Part shown: in pieces, positions 19,539 to 28,999 of the stretch
How positions within the stretch are numbered: position 1 is the first letter of the stretch
Layout of the letters: each line of letters begins with the position of its first letter
Source of the DNA: an uncultured Bacilli bacterium
GTDB lineage: Bacteria; Bacillota_I; Bacilli_A; RF39; UBA660
DNA: 64,000 bases
Reading direction: 5' to 3'
NCBI GenBank assembly: GCA_934167695.1
Contig: CAKPLP010000001.1
Span: forward strand, 31,806 to 95,805
Notes under the pieces: model-generated
The model's input: the letters and a program-made list of their open reading frames with translations, nothing else
What the model was told of the DNA's origin: nothing
Databases searched by the model: none
Program-made: the position numbers and the translations under genes

Positions 19539-19685
19539 TTACTATGTCAATAATTTTTTATTTTTTTAGACAAAAAAAGAAGAAGACAATCACCTCTTCT
19601 TCAAAAAAACTAATTTTTTCTCTACTATAATTATAAGCTAGCTAATCTTATAAAAAAGTAGGCGTTTGTTTTCATAAATAAATTT

Positions 19686-19798
19686 GAGTCCATCTCTCAC
19701 ATTCAATATTCTTACTCTCTCATCTATACTCATATATCGCATACTCTTTTATGCATGAGTCGGTGCGCACCAATGGGTTAGATTGATATCCCCTATAA
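19686..19798. ncRNA. candidate structured RNA / conserved core of repeat copy 2
   Basis: See the copy-1 core entry. Confidence 0.3.
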
Positions 19799-19984
19799 CT
19801 AATCGTAAATCTAATATAATCATTTACCTTACACAGTAAGAATATTTACTATTTTTAATACAATAATAATTCCTACTAATCTTCAGAACAACTATTATAT
19901 AAAGCAACAATTCATTGCTTATCAAAAAATGATAATTAGTCAATTAAGACCGATATTATTATTATCATTTATCTTTGACATCCT

Positions 19985-20012
19985 AATCATACTATATATA
20001 AATTATTATGTC
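19985..20012 (+). promoter_or_regulatory. sigma-A-type promoter (TTGACA-16-TATAAA) upstream of the 20082 gene
   Basis: The copy-2 equivalent of the 19511 promoter; it lies ~70 nt upstream of the ATG at 20082. Confidence 0.45.
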
Positions 20013-20081
20013 AATACTATTTTTAAATTTTTTTATTTACATCTTATTTAATAATAGATACAATTAACATGGTGATTAATT

Positions 20082-20828
20082 ATGAAAGAGAAAAATAACC
20101 TAATTCTTACTATGGGCCTACTATATTTATTCGTAATATTGATACTAGGACTAATTTTAATTAGTGAAAAAAAAGATTCTTATATTAAACCCAAAATATA
20201 TAAAAAATTAACTAATTATATTAATAATAAATATAAAGATGAACAAAAAGATTTTAAATATAGTAAGTTAATAAAAGATAATCAAAATAATTACTATATA
20301 AAAATATATAATAAAAACAATAAAAATTTATACTTTAAAACAATATATAATAATAAAAAAATAATAGACACATACAAAAAAGACTATTTAGAAGGAAATA
20401 CACTAAATAAATATATAGAAAAGAAACTTAATAAAGAATTAAATAAAAGAAAAAACAATATAGATACTAAGTATAATAATTACAACATTACTTATAAAAC
20501 AAAGTTTAATAATTGCACAAATTATATAAAAAAGAAATTACTAAAAAACAATTATTTAATACCTATATATACAGTAAACATAGAAGTAACCACTGATAAT
20601 ATAAAACAAACAATTATAGATATTAACAATGATTTAACAAAACTAAATCTTATACCAAAAAATTATAATATTACTATAAATAACAAAAAAAATATTACAA
20701 AAAGTATTAACTTAATAATAGAACCTGCTATAATAGAAAGTAACATTGATGAAGTAGTAAATTTAATAAACAATAATGATTTTACTACTTTAAATAAATA
20801 CAATGTAAAATGTAAATATTTAAATTAA
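20082..20828 (+). CDS. hypothetical K/N/Y-rich protein with an N-terminal TM anchor
   Basis: 248 aa with a GGTGAT RBS. The sequence is low-complexity with no recognisable motif. Confidence 0.4.
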   Translation: MKEKNNLILTMGLLYLFVILILGLILISEKKDSYIKPKIYKKLTNYINNKYKDEQKDFKYSKLIKDNQNNYYIKIYNKNNKNLYFKTIYNNKKIIDTYKKDYLEGNTLNKYIEKKLNKELNKRKNNIDTKYNNYNITYKTKFNNCTNYIKKKLLKNNYLIPIYTVNIEVTTDNIKQTIIDINNDLTKLNLIPKNYNITINNKKNITKSINLIIEPAIIESNIDEVVNLINNNDFTTLNKYNVKCKYLN

Positions 20829-20839
20829 AGGAGAATAAT

Positions 20840-21235
20840 ATGAACGACTGTCTATTTTGTAAAATAATAAATAAAGAAATTCCGTCTAAAACAATATATG
20901 AAGATGATTTAATAAAAGTTTTCTTAGATATTAATCCAAATACAAATGGAGATATGTTGATAATACCTAAAAAACACTATGAGAACATTTTAGAAATAGA
21001 TGAAAATATAATTACACATTGTCATAAAATAATTAAAAATACTCTATTTCCTATAATAAAGGAAAAGCTACAAGCAACAGGACTTACAATAATTCAAAAT
21101 AATGGAACCGGTCAAGAAGTAAAACATTATCATATACATCTAACACCACGTTATGAAAACGATGATTTAAAAATAAGTGCCAATAAAGACATCTTACTAG
21201 AGTTAGATGACATCCAAACAAAGCTAATGAAATAA
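20840..21235 (+). CDS. HIT-family (histidine triad) nucleotide-binding protein
   Basis: The HIT motif HYHIHLTPR (HxHxHxx) is present; 131 aa. Confidence 0.8.
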   Translation: MNDCLFCKIINKEIPSKTIYEDDLIKVFLDINPNTNGDMLIIPKKHYENILEIDENIITHCHKIIKNTLFPIIKEKLQATGLTIIQNNGTGQEVKHYHIHLTPRYENDDLKISANKDILLELDDIQTKLMK

Positions 21236-21736
21236 AAATGTAAAAACAACATCCATAATAAAAACAAAAGATACTAAAACCGTAACAGGAATTGGTATTT
21301 TTTTTATAATAGGATCAACAATAGGTTTAATTACATATATAAGAAACAAACTTCCAATCCCCCATAACAAAGACATTTCCAAAGAAACATAAGGTCCAAA
21401 AGAAAATTTCATTTCACTATAATTCCAAAACTTCTTATGGAAAATTGCTTCTATTAAAATACCACCTAAATATTCAATTAAAGAAAGTAATAAAAAGTTA
21501 CATATAAACAACAAAAATATCTTTACTACCCTATTAGCCTTTACCCTATTAAAAATAAGTCTCATCATAAAAATAGAAATTATTCCTCCAAGTCCATACA
21601 CAGGCAACCAAGGACCATATAAAATACCACTATTCATTCCTTTAAATATAAACATTTTAACTAAAAATTCTAAAATATAACCAATAAACGAATAAATAAA
21701 AAAACTATTTATATAATAAAACATATATATCACCAA
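21224..21736 (-). CDS. hypothetical polytopic membrane protein
   Basis: 170 aa with 4-5 TM helices. Confidence 0.4.
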   Translation of the reverse strand: MVIYMFYYINSFFIYSFIGYILEFLVKMFIFKGMNSGILYGPWLPVYGLGGIISIFMMRLIFNRVKANRVVKIFLLFICNFLLLSLIEYLGGILIEAIFHKKFWNYSEMKFSFGPYVSLEMSLLWGIGSLFLIYVIKPIVDPIIKKIPIPVTVLVSFVFIMDVVFTFLFH

Positions 21737-21779
21737 TAATATTTTTCCAAAAAAAAGAAGTATTATACATACTCTTTTT

Positions 21780-21905
21780 TTAATAATAACAACTATTACG
21801 TCTACTGCTACCTAAAATAATTGCAAGTAAAATATATAAAACAATAATTATAAGAAATCCATCTCTACCTCTTACTGGGGTAGAATTATTTTCATTGCAA
21901 GCCAT
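21780..21905 (-). CDS. tiny TM protein, YjcZ-family-like sporulation peptide (41 aa); not in the ORF track
   Basis: MACNENNSTPVRGRDGFLIIIVLYILLAIILGSSRRNSCYY. It has a GGAGGTG RBS. The GFLIIIVLYILLAIILG core resembles the GFALIVVLFILLIIVG motif of the Bacillus tiny-TM YjcZ family (a recalled consensus). Confidence 0.45.
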   Translation of the reverse strand: MACNENNSTPVRGRDGFLIIIVLYILLAIILGSSRRNSCYY

Positions 21906-21920
21906 AAGACACCTCCTTAA

Positions 21921-22001
21921 TTAGATATAAGCCCCAAGAATTATTATTAATAAGATAAATAATACTAATATAATTGCAGAAGATGATACATAGTTACCCA
22001 T
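21921..22001 (-). CDS. tiny TM protein, YjcZ-family-like (26 aa); not in the ORF track
   Basis: MGNYVSSSAIILVLFILLIIILGAYI. It has a GGAGGAAAA RBS and lies in tandem with the previous gene. A CATAAAATA element about 30 nt upstream resembles a sigma-K -10 (CATA---TA). Confidence 0.45.
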   Translation of the reverse strand: MGNYVSSSAIILVLFILLIIILGAYI

Positions 22002-22146
22002 AGATTTTCCTCCTTTTTTTTGGTATTCACATTATTTTATGGTTAAAGGTAGAAAAGTGTGCTACATGTAAGCAATTTTTTTTAAATAATTTGCACAATA
22101 CCCTATTTTTTGGTATGATTATTATGCAATTACAAGGAGGACAATA

Positions 22147-23160
22147 ATGAAAAATGTAAAAGTATTATATACAATTATTGCAATTTTAATAGTTTCTTTA
22201 GTTGCAAGTATTGTAATAAACTGTAATCAAACAGCAAAACTAAAAAATGGTAAAGAAACAGTTGTAAAAGTTGGTAAGGAAAAAGTAACTGCAGATGAAC
22301 TATATACATCATTAAAAGAAAAATATGCTATGAATATATTAATCAGTAAAATTGATCATATGTTATTAGATAACAAATATAAAACTGATGATAATGAAAA
22401 GAAAACTATTGAAAATCAAATTAGTCAAATAAAAGCCAATTATAATGATGATGCAACATACTTACAAGCAATTAAAAGTTACTACGGAGTAGAATCAGAA
22501 GATGAATTCAAAGAAATGTTATCACTTGAATACAAACGTAACTTAGCAGTTAATGAGTATGTTAAGGAAAAAATAGTAACTGACGATGAAGTTAAACAAT
22601 ACTATGATACAAAAACAATCGGAGATGTTAAAGCTAGTCACATTTTAATAAAATCAAATGCTTCTAGTGATGATTCTGAAGAAACTAAAACTAAGAAAGA
22701 AGAAAAAGCTAAGAAAAAAGCAGAAGATATTATTAAAAAATTAAATGATGGTCAAGACTTTGCTAAACTTGCTAAAAAATATTCTGATGATGAAGGAACA
22801 GCAGACGATGGAGGAAATTTAGGATACTTCAACAATGATGATAATTATGAAGAAAATTTTGTAACAGCTGCTGCACAACTTGAGATTGGAAAATATACAA
22901 CTGAACCAATAAAAACAGAATATGGTTATGAAATAATATTAAAAGTTGCTGAAAAGAATAAACCAAAATTAAGTAAAGTTAAAGATTCTATAAAAAGTAC
23001 TTTAGCAGAAGAAAAACTAAATTCTGACTCTTCATTATATTACAATTCACTAATCGCATTCAGAGAAGATGAAAAAGTTACATTTAAAGACAATGTTGTA
23101 AAAAAACTTTATGATAAATACAATGAAACATTATTAAGCAAATCATCAAATGCATCATAA
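22147..23160 (+). CDS. prsA: foldase PrsA (parvulin-type peptidyl-prolyl isomerase lipoprotein)
   Basis: A lipobox-like VINC follows the signal peptide. The PpiC domain has ASHILIK...GGNLGYF. An extended -10 promoter TTGCAC-17-TGgTATGAT lies upstream. Confidence 0.75.
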   Translation: MKNVKVLYTIIAILIVSLVASIVINCNQTAKLKNGKETVVKVGKEKVTADELYTSLKEKYAMNILISKIDHMLLDNKYKTDDNEKKTIENQISQIKANYNDDATYLQAIKSYYGVESEDEFKEMLSLEYKRNLAVNEYVKEKIVTDDEVKQYYDTKTIGDVKASHILIKSNASSDDSEETKTKKEEKAKKKAEDIIKKLNDGQDFAKLAKKYSDDEGTADDGGNLGYFNNDDNYEENFVTAAAQLEIGKYTTEPIKTEYGYEIILKVAEKNKPKLSKVKDSIKSTLAEEKLNSDSSLYYNSLIAFREDEKVTFKDNVVKKLYDKYNETLLSKSSNAS

Positions 23161-23219
23161 AATATATAAATTATTCTATTAATAATAAAAAGTAAGTTTT
23201 AAAACTTACTTTTTTATTT

Positions 23220-24131
23220 TTATATCTTCCAATCTTGATCCTCTTGCTTCAATAAAGCCCTATCTATTCTTTTTTCCATTTTACCTTTAAAAAATATAAA
23301 TGGAAAACTAAGTACAGTAAAACTAAGTCCAATTATAATTATTAAAAAATTTACTGGATTTTCTTTTGTAATAGCCTTCTCCGGATCATTTTTATTATAA
23401 TACAAATCTATTGTTTGTCCTAAATTATCATCTAAAGAACCCTTAATATAGGAATCATTAATATATATATACCTTTGATCATCTACATAGTAATAAAAAA
23501 CAGGTTTATATAGATCCTTATCTCCTCCTATACTATAAATTTCTGAATATACAGTAGCTGTAGTAACATTATTAGCATTTTTTAAATTTAAATAATTAAC
23601 AATATCATATATTTGTATTATAAGTGCACTTAAACCAAGTACAAATAAAAAAACATAAAACATATAAATACTAGACAGTGATGATTCATTTTCATTTGCT
23701 TTAGTTCTTGTATTAATTACAAAGAACAAACCAATAGCAATTAAAAGTAAAATTACAATAATAATTAAAAATGGATGTAATATGCCTTGATCAATAGAAT
23801 TATTTATATCAAAATAAATACATTCACCATTATTATCCTTAGAACAGTACATAATTACTGTTTTCTGATCTGGTACATCTAATTTAATAATTTCATCATT
23901 AGTATCATATATCTTTTCAACATTTATTATATCATCCTTTAACTCATAATATAAATTACCATAACTACTATAAACATACTGCTTACTATAGTTTCCTTCT
24001 TTTAACTTCCAATTAAGATATGATGAAAAAAAAGTAATAAATACTATTATTCCAGCTATCAAAAAAATCAAGCCAAATACTTTTGCAGGTTTACTTTCAC
24101 CAACACTTTTATTAAACTCATTATAATTCAA
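23220..24131 (-). CDS. hypothetical membrane protein
   Basis: 303 aa with several hydrophobic helices. Confidence 0.4.
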   Translation of the reverse strand: MNYNEFNKSVGESKPAKVFGLIFLIAGIIVFITFFSSYLNWKLKEGNYSKQYVYSSYGNLYYELKDDIINVEKIYDTNDEIIKLDVPDQKTVIMYCSKDNNGECIYFDINNSIDQGILHPFLIIIVILLLIAIGLFFVINTRTKANENESSLSSIYMFYVFLFVLGLSALIIQIYDIVNYLNLKNANNVTTATVYSEIYSIGGDKDLYKPVFYYYVDDQRYIYINDSYIKGSLDDNLGQTIDLYYNKNDPEKAITKENPVNFLIIIIGLSFTVLSFPFIFFKGKMEKRIDRALLKQEDQDWKI

Positions 24132-24146
24132 TATTGTTCACCACCT

Positions 24147-24707
24147 TTAAATAAAAATCGCAAGAGAAAAGGCAAATATAAAATAAATTATTAAAAATAA
24201 TATTGCACTAATTATAGAAGTTCCACCTTTATTATGTGCTATTAACAATAGTTGATCTTCATTTGCAGTTGGATTATCTTTCTTTATTTCTCTTAATTTT
24301 TTAGTTATATGCCATTTATAAATAGGACAAAAAAATATGCCTATAAGAGTACTAATATAACTGCCAGATGGTATTAAATAAACTGAACATAGTATCAAAA
24401 TTGCGATAATTATAGAAATTAAATACATTTTTCTATACGCAAAATACGCAATTCCAAAAAGTATAGCCCATATATTAATCCCACCCTTTTTTACACTATC
24501 ATACATTTTGTCTGCATTTTTACCAATGTAAGCCTTAATAAATTTCTCATCAAAAGTAACTGAATTATTAAATTCATTATTTTTTGGAATATTATTACCT
24601 TGAAATTGATTAGAATCATTAGAATTATTACTCTCAACCACACTCCCACAAACATTGCAATAATGGTCACTTTCTTTTAATGTAGCACCACAATTTTTAC
24701 AATACAT
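24147..24707 (-). CDS. zinc-ribbon-domain membrane protein
   Basis: An N-terminal CxxC...CxxC (MYCKNCG...CNVCGS) is followed by TM helices. Confidence 0.5.
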   Translation of the reverse strand: MYCKNCGATLKESDHYCNVCGSVVESNNSNDSNQFQGNNIPKNNEFNNSVTFDEKFIKAYIGKNADKMYDSVKKGGINIWAILFGIAYFAYRKMYLISIIIAILILCSVYLIPSGSYISTLIGIFFCPIYKWHITKKLREIKKDNPTANEDQLLLIAHNKGGTSIISAILFLIIYFIFAFSLAIFI

Positions 24708-24861
24708 AAAAACTTCACTCCTCTACTTTACATAATCTTACATAACTAAGTATATACTATTTATAAATTCAAAGTCAACATTTTCTTTCGCTTCACTATT
24801 AAAGACTTTGCTTTCGTTAAAGTATAAAATACTTTTAGAAATAAAGTTTAGGAGGTAGGTT

Positions 24862-25134
24862 ATGAATTTATGTGAAATATTAGCAATTAACTTAAAATAT
24901 TACCGTAAAAAATATAACTTATCTCAAGAAAAGTTTGCGGAAGTTTTAGGAACAACATTATCATATTTAAACCAAATTGAAAATAATAAAGTGGATGTAA
25001 AATCTTCAACAATAGATAAATTTGCGAAAAATATAAGAGAATATGATAAAAACTCTAAAATTAAACCTGAGGATTTAGTTACATATTCAAAAAAGCACAT
25101 AACAAATTATTCCAGAATAGATGAAAGAAAATAA
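24862..25134 (+). CDS. small XRE-family HTH regulator
   Basis: The HTH reads LSQEKFAEVLGTTLSYLNQIEN. Confidence 0.55.
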   Translation: MNLCEILAINLKYYRKKYNLSQEKFAEVLGTTLSYLNQIENNKVDVKSSTIDKFAKNIREYDKNSKIKPEDLVTYSKKHITNYSRIDERK

Positions 25135-25162
25135 AAAAAGAAGCAAGTTTTATGACTTGCTT

Positions 25163-25909
25163 CTAATCATATATAGAATAAAACCCTTTACGAAACATAC
25201 CTTCTTTAATTTTTTGTTCTAATTCTCTACCCTCATATTTTTTAGATAATCTCTTCTTTAATTTTTCATACTCTTTATTTTTTAATTCATTATCATCCAA
25301 AAAAGATTGTTCTAAAATGACCTTATCAATAATACTCTTTGAAAAACCATCCTTCATCAAATCAGAATATATCTTTCTTTTTAATAAAGTATTACTTTTA
25401 CTATGGTTAGATCTAATAACTTTTAATACTATTTTTGAGGCCTTTTCATATTGTAAATTACTATCATATAAATTTAAAACATCATCAATAATGGAATTAT
25501 CTATTCCTTTTTTTTGCATCTCAACTCTTATTCTATTAGGTCCATGTGATGTAGTAATTAATTGTTCATTAAAAAAACTATTAGCATAAACCGAATCATT
25601 CAAATACCCTTGTTGTAATAATTTATTAATAACCTCTGAAACATCATCAATATCAAAATTATCTTTTATAAGTTTATTTTTAACCTCTAAAGTACTACGA
25701 CTACGAACATTTATATACTTAATTGCCTTATAATAACATTGCCAAAATTTATTTTCATCTAATAATTTTTTATATTGTTTCTCATCTATTTCTTTTTTTA
25801 ATAATAACTCCTCTTTTAAAATAACCTCTTCATATAGTTCTACACTACAACAATCAAATTCTATTAAATATTTATTATCTTTAAGTTTCTTATACTTTAT
25901 AATTTTCAA
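25163..25909 (-). CDS. recX: RecX-family regulatory protein
   Basis: It has the three-repeat helical architecture, with SRSTLEVKNKLIKDNFDIDDV, EQLITTSHGPNRIRVEMQKKGID and KRKIYSDLMKDGFSKSII matching RecX repeats. Confidence 0.6.
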   Translation of the reverse strand: MKIIKYKKLKDNKYLIEFDCCSVELYEEVILKEELLLKKEIDEKQYKKLLDENKFWQCYYKAIKYINVRSRSTLEVKNKLIKDNFDIDDVSEVINKLLQQGYLNDSVYANSFFNEQLITTSHGPNRIRVEMQKKGIDNSIIDDVLNLYDSNLQYEKASKIVLKVIRSNHSKSNTLLKRKIYSDLMKDGFSKSIIDKVILEQSFLDDNELKNKEYEKLKKRLSKKYEGRELEQKIKEGMFRKGFYSIYD

Positions 25910-25983
25910 TTATCTCACCTCAATATAAAATACGATTAAAAACATCTGTTCGTATAAAAATATTAATAAAAAGTAAGTAAATT

Positions 25984-26190
25984 CTACTTACTAGATTTTT
26001 TTACTTTTAATAGCCCAGCTTCTACTTCTTCTAAAGCTCTACCAATATTTTTCTTACTCTTATATTCAGATTCTTTCATTTGTAAATGTTCAGTTCTAAA
26101 AATCTCTTTGCTTCTTCTTGCCGCAATATGAACTAATTCATACTTTGAAGAAACAATATTAAGTAATTTATCGATAGATGGATATATCAT
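25984..26190 (-). CDS. rpoZ: DNA-directed RNA polymerase subunit omega
   Basis: MIYPSIDKLLNIVSSKYELVHIAARRSKEI matches RpoZ. I trimmed the track's N-terminal extension. Confidence 0.75.
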   Translation of the reverse strand: MIYPSIDKLLNIVSSKYELVHIAARRSKEIFRTEHLQMKESEYKSKKNIGRALEEVEAGLLKVKKSSK

Positions 26191-26278
26191 AGTATCACAC
26201 TCCCTTAACATTAGAATATTACAGAATATATCTGAATGCAAGTAATATGACAGAATTAGACATTTTATGACAAAAGAA

Positions 26279-26300
26279 AAAATCACCGAAGTGATTTAGA
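26279..26300 (-). terminator. hairpin plus T-tract on the minus strand, upstream of rpoZ
   Basis: AAATCACttcgGTGATTT is followed by TTTTCTTTT on the minus strand. Confidence 0.45.
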
Positions 26301-26480
26301 AAATTTTACTATTTAAATTGTGAACAAGAACCACATTGAATATTACTTACTACATTTTCTTCACAACATGAATATTCTGGTCTATAAGTATGACGATAAA
26401 CATGATGATTAATTATTCTAGTTCTAATAGGGCATACATGTGACTTTCCCTTTTTGATAGACAAAAAACGAGTATTAAAT

Positions 26481-26506
26481 ATTTAAATACTCGAAAAAAT
26501 ATCTTA
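26481..26506 (-). terminator. intrinsic terminator of the 26514..27062 gene
   Basis: CGAGTATttaaatatttaatACTCG is followed by TTTTTT on the minus strand. Confidence 0.5.
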
Positions 26507-26513
26507 TCTATTT

Positions 26514-27062
26514 TTATTCATTCTTATCAAGAGTTAACTCACCTGTTGTTATAACCAAGCTATCATAATTAGAATCAACTAAATTAAAACTTCTAGTTTT
26601 TGGTGCAGCATTAATAAGTTCATGAGTACTTGTCTCCTCAACTAAAGTAGTAGTTATTAAATCACTAGAGAATTCATGATTCCCATCAGAAGATAATTGC
26701 TTGAAATATACATTAATTGTACCATTAGCATCAACAGGCAAATTACTAAATACTACATTACCAGAATCATCAGAAGTCTGAACATTTCCATATTGATTAC
26801 CCTCAGCATCTACTCTAACAAAAGTAGCACCTACGATAGGAACACCAGCTACAGTTCCATCTTCTGAAACATGTAAAGTTAAAACACCTTTTGCTGCTAT
26901 CGTAAAGTTATAAATAGTTTCAGTATCAGTAACATTAATAGATGATGGTGTTATTGTAGAATTATCATAACCCAATACATTTGCAGTAACAGCATATTCA
27001 CCATTTAATACCTTTTCTTCCGCTACACCGTTAGTAATATTTATAGTGTATTTTTTTGACAT
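26514..27062 (-). CDS. hypothetical protein (possible beta-sandwich/CnaB-like fold); cargo of the recombinase element
   Basis: 182 aa, Thr/Val/Gly-rich (GTVAGVPIVGATFVRVDAEGNQYGNVQTSDDSGNVVFSNLP). Its stop overlaps the start of the next gene. Confidence 0.4.
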   Translation of the reverse strand: MSKKYTINITNGVAEEKVLNGEYAVTANVLGYDNSTITPSSINVTDTETIYNFTIAAKGVLTLHVSEDGTVAGVPIVGATFVRVDAEGNQYGNVQTSDDSGNVVFSNLPVDANGTINVYFKQLSSDGNHEFSSDLITTTLVEETSTHELINAAPKTRSFNLVDSNYDSLVITTGELTLDKNE

Positions 27063-27373
27063 AAAATAATTTTTCCTCCCTTAATAATTAAATCTTGATA
27101 ATATTTATCATGCAGAATAATCGTGGAGGTTTTTGTCAAATTATTATAAAAATCAAAATACAACTCATCCTGATTTTTAAACTTTTCTAAATAAGAATAC
27201 GGATAATAATAAGGACTTTTAATACCAATATAACCATCAAAATATTTATCTAAATATATATTAGTTTCCCCATAAATTTTTTTCTTATCTATAACATCAC
27301 CATTATTATTATAAATTAATAATTCAAATTCTCTATTTAATAATTGATTATTCAATCTGCATCTTATTAACAA
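27041..27373 (-). CDS. hypothetical protein; cargo of the recombinase element
   Basis: 110 aa, overlapping the downstream gene by 22 nt. Confidence 0.35.
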   Translation of the reverse strand: MLIRCRLNNQLLNREFELLIYNNNGDVIDKKKIYGETNIYLDKYFDGYIGIKSPYYYPYSYLEKFKNQDELYFDFYNNLTKTSTIILHDKYYQDLIIKGGKIILCQKNTL

Positions 27374-27448
27374 AATACACCTCCTCTATTATCTAATATA
27401 TAATATGTACTTAATAATTTTTTGTATAGATAAATACCTCTTAACACA

Positions 27449-28999
27449 TCACTTTCCAAAGGTTAAAATCAAATTTATTCTCTTATCGTCAAATATTTCA
27501 ATTTTTTCAATCAACTGAACAATTAATTCCCTACTTACATTAGACATACTTAAATAATCATTAATAAATTGTTCTACAAAAAATTTTTCTTTAACTTTTC
27601 TCTTTTCCAAACTAGTTTTCTTTAAATAAACCCGTCTACTATTTTTAATTTCTAAATTTTTATATATCCTATCTTTAACCCTAGAAAATTGTTCATCATC
27701 TATAACCTTATTTAACTTATCTATATATACTTCATCCAAATTTTCATTCAACTTATTAATTTCTAAATTAAGCATATTAATTTCTTCTTGTATATTATCA
27801 GTTTGCATGTTAGATAATTCTTCATTAATACTTTTCTTTATTTTTTCAACATCAATAAAATTAAACAAAATTTTTTTTAATTCACTAATAATCTTTTTCT
27901 CCAACAAGTCATAATTATTAGAATGCGTTGTACATACTTTCTCCTTAATATATGCTCTATAATAATTACAAACAGTATAACAATTATTATCTTTTTTTCT
28001 CCTTGAAGTAACAGATATTCTATGACCACAATCACCACAATATAACAATCCATCTAATAAATGTTTTTCTTTTTTTTCACAACGACCCACATTTTTAGGA
28101 ATCAACTTCTGCACCTCAAAAAAAGTATTTCTATCAATAATTGCTTCATGAGTATTTTCAACTACTATATATTTACTAGGATCATTTCTAGCAATTTTCT
28201 TTATTTTATAATTAATTTTATATCTTTTGCCTTGAACCAAATCCCCTATATAAATTCTATTAGTTAAAATATCCTTAATCGTTTTAGCATTCCAACTTCC
28301 AATTTTTAATGAACTATTCTTTTTCCAAACAAAATTATAATATGCAGAAGGATTTTTTACATTTTCAATAGTCAATATTTTTGCAATTTTAAAACAAGTT
28401 AACCCTTCTAAACACATTTTATAAATTCTTTTAACAACTTCAGCTTGGGAAGAATCTATAATCAAATGATTCTTATCAAGAGGATCTTTTTTATATCCAA
28501 ATGCTACTCTACCACTCACCCACTTCCCTTCTTTTTTTTTAGCCATCAAACTAGATCTTATTTTTTTTGAAATATCTTTAGCATACATATCGTTCATTAT
28601 AGCCTTAAAAGGAGCTATATCATTATTGGAACTATCTAAAAAGGTATCAATATTATCAGTAATAGCAACATATCTGACATTATGAGAAGGAAAATATTTT
28701 TCTATAAAGTTTCCTGTTTCAATATAATCCCTACCCAATCTAGACATATCTTTCGTAAGAACCATATTAACATTATTATTTTCAATATCACTAAGTAACT
28801 TCTTAAACGCAGGTCTATTAAAATTCGTACCACTATAACCATCATCTATATATATATCATAAATAGATAAATTATTTTCTTTTACATATTGAAGTAGTAA
28901 ACTCTTTTGATTAGTAATACTTTCACTTTCTTCTTTACTATCTAAATCCTCATGTGACAATCTAATATAAACACCAACATTAAAGACTATATTATTCAA
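27449..28999 (-). CDS. large serine recombinase (resolvase/invertase catalytic domain, recombinase domain and zinc ribbon)
   Basis: The N-terminus GVYIRLSHEDLD...SITNQ has the catalytic Ser in the Y.R.S motif. A central recombinase domain is followed by a Cys cluster YCGDCGHRISV...C..C. It has a TTG start with an AAGGGA RBS. Confidence 0.85.
   Translation of the reverse strand: MNNIVFNVGVYIRLSHEDLDSKEESESITNQKSLLLQYVKENNLSIYDIYIDDGYSGTNFNRPAFKKLLSDIENNNVNMVLTKDMSRLGRDYIETGNFIEKYFPSHNVRYVAITDNIDTFLDSSNNDIAPFKAIMNDMYAKDISKKIRSSLMAKKKEGKWVSGRVAFGYKKDPLDKNHLIIDSSQAEVVKRIYKMCLEGLTCFKIAKILTIENVKNPSAYYNFVWKKNSSLKIGSWNAKTIKDILTNRIYIGDLVQGKRYKINYKIKKIARNDPSKYIVVENTHEAIIDRNTFFEVQKLIPKNVGRCEKKEKHLLDGLLYCGDCGHRISVTSRRKKDNNCYTVCNYYRAYIKEKVCTTHSNNYDLLEKKIISELKKILFNFIDVEKIKKSINEELSNMQTDNIQEEINMLNLEINKLNENLDEVYIDKLNKVIDDEQFSRVKDRIYKNLEIKNSRRVYLKKTSLEKRKVKEKFFVEQFINDYLSMSNVSRELIVQLIEKIEIFDDKRINLILTFGK

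Larger units (their letters stand above)
19091..19564. repeat. tandem direct repeat, copy 1 (~474 bp)
   Basis: It aligns base by base with 19565..20035 at about 90% identity overall. It contains a hairpin (GAAGAAG..CTTCTTC) flanked by A- and T-runs, a conserved GC-rich core and a sigma-A-like promoter. Confidence 0.8.
19565..20035. repeat. tandem direct repeat, copy 2
   Basis: Same architecture as copy 1, offset by 474 bp. Confidence 0.8.

Noticed and set aside
22147-23160. The acidic, repeat-like C-terminal half of PrsA, which might be a separate domain or a fusion
   Set aside because: It is continuous with the parvulin domain, and Firmicute PrsA proteins commonly have extended charged termini.
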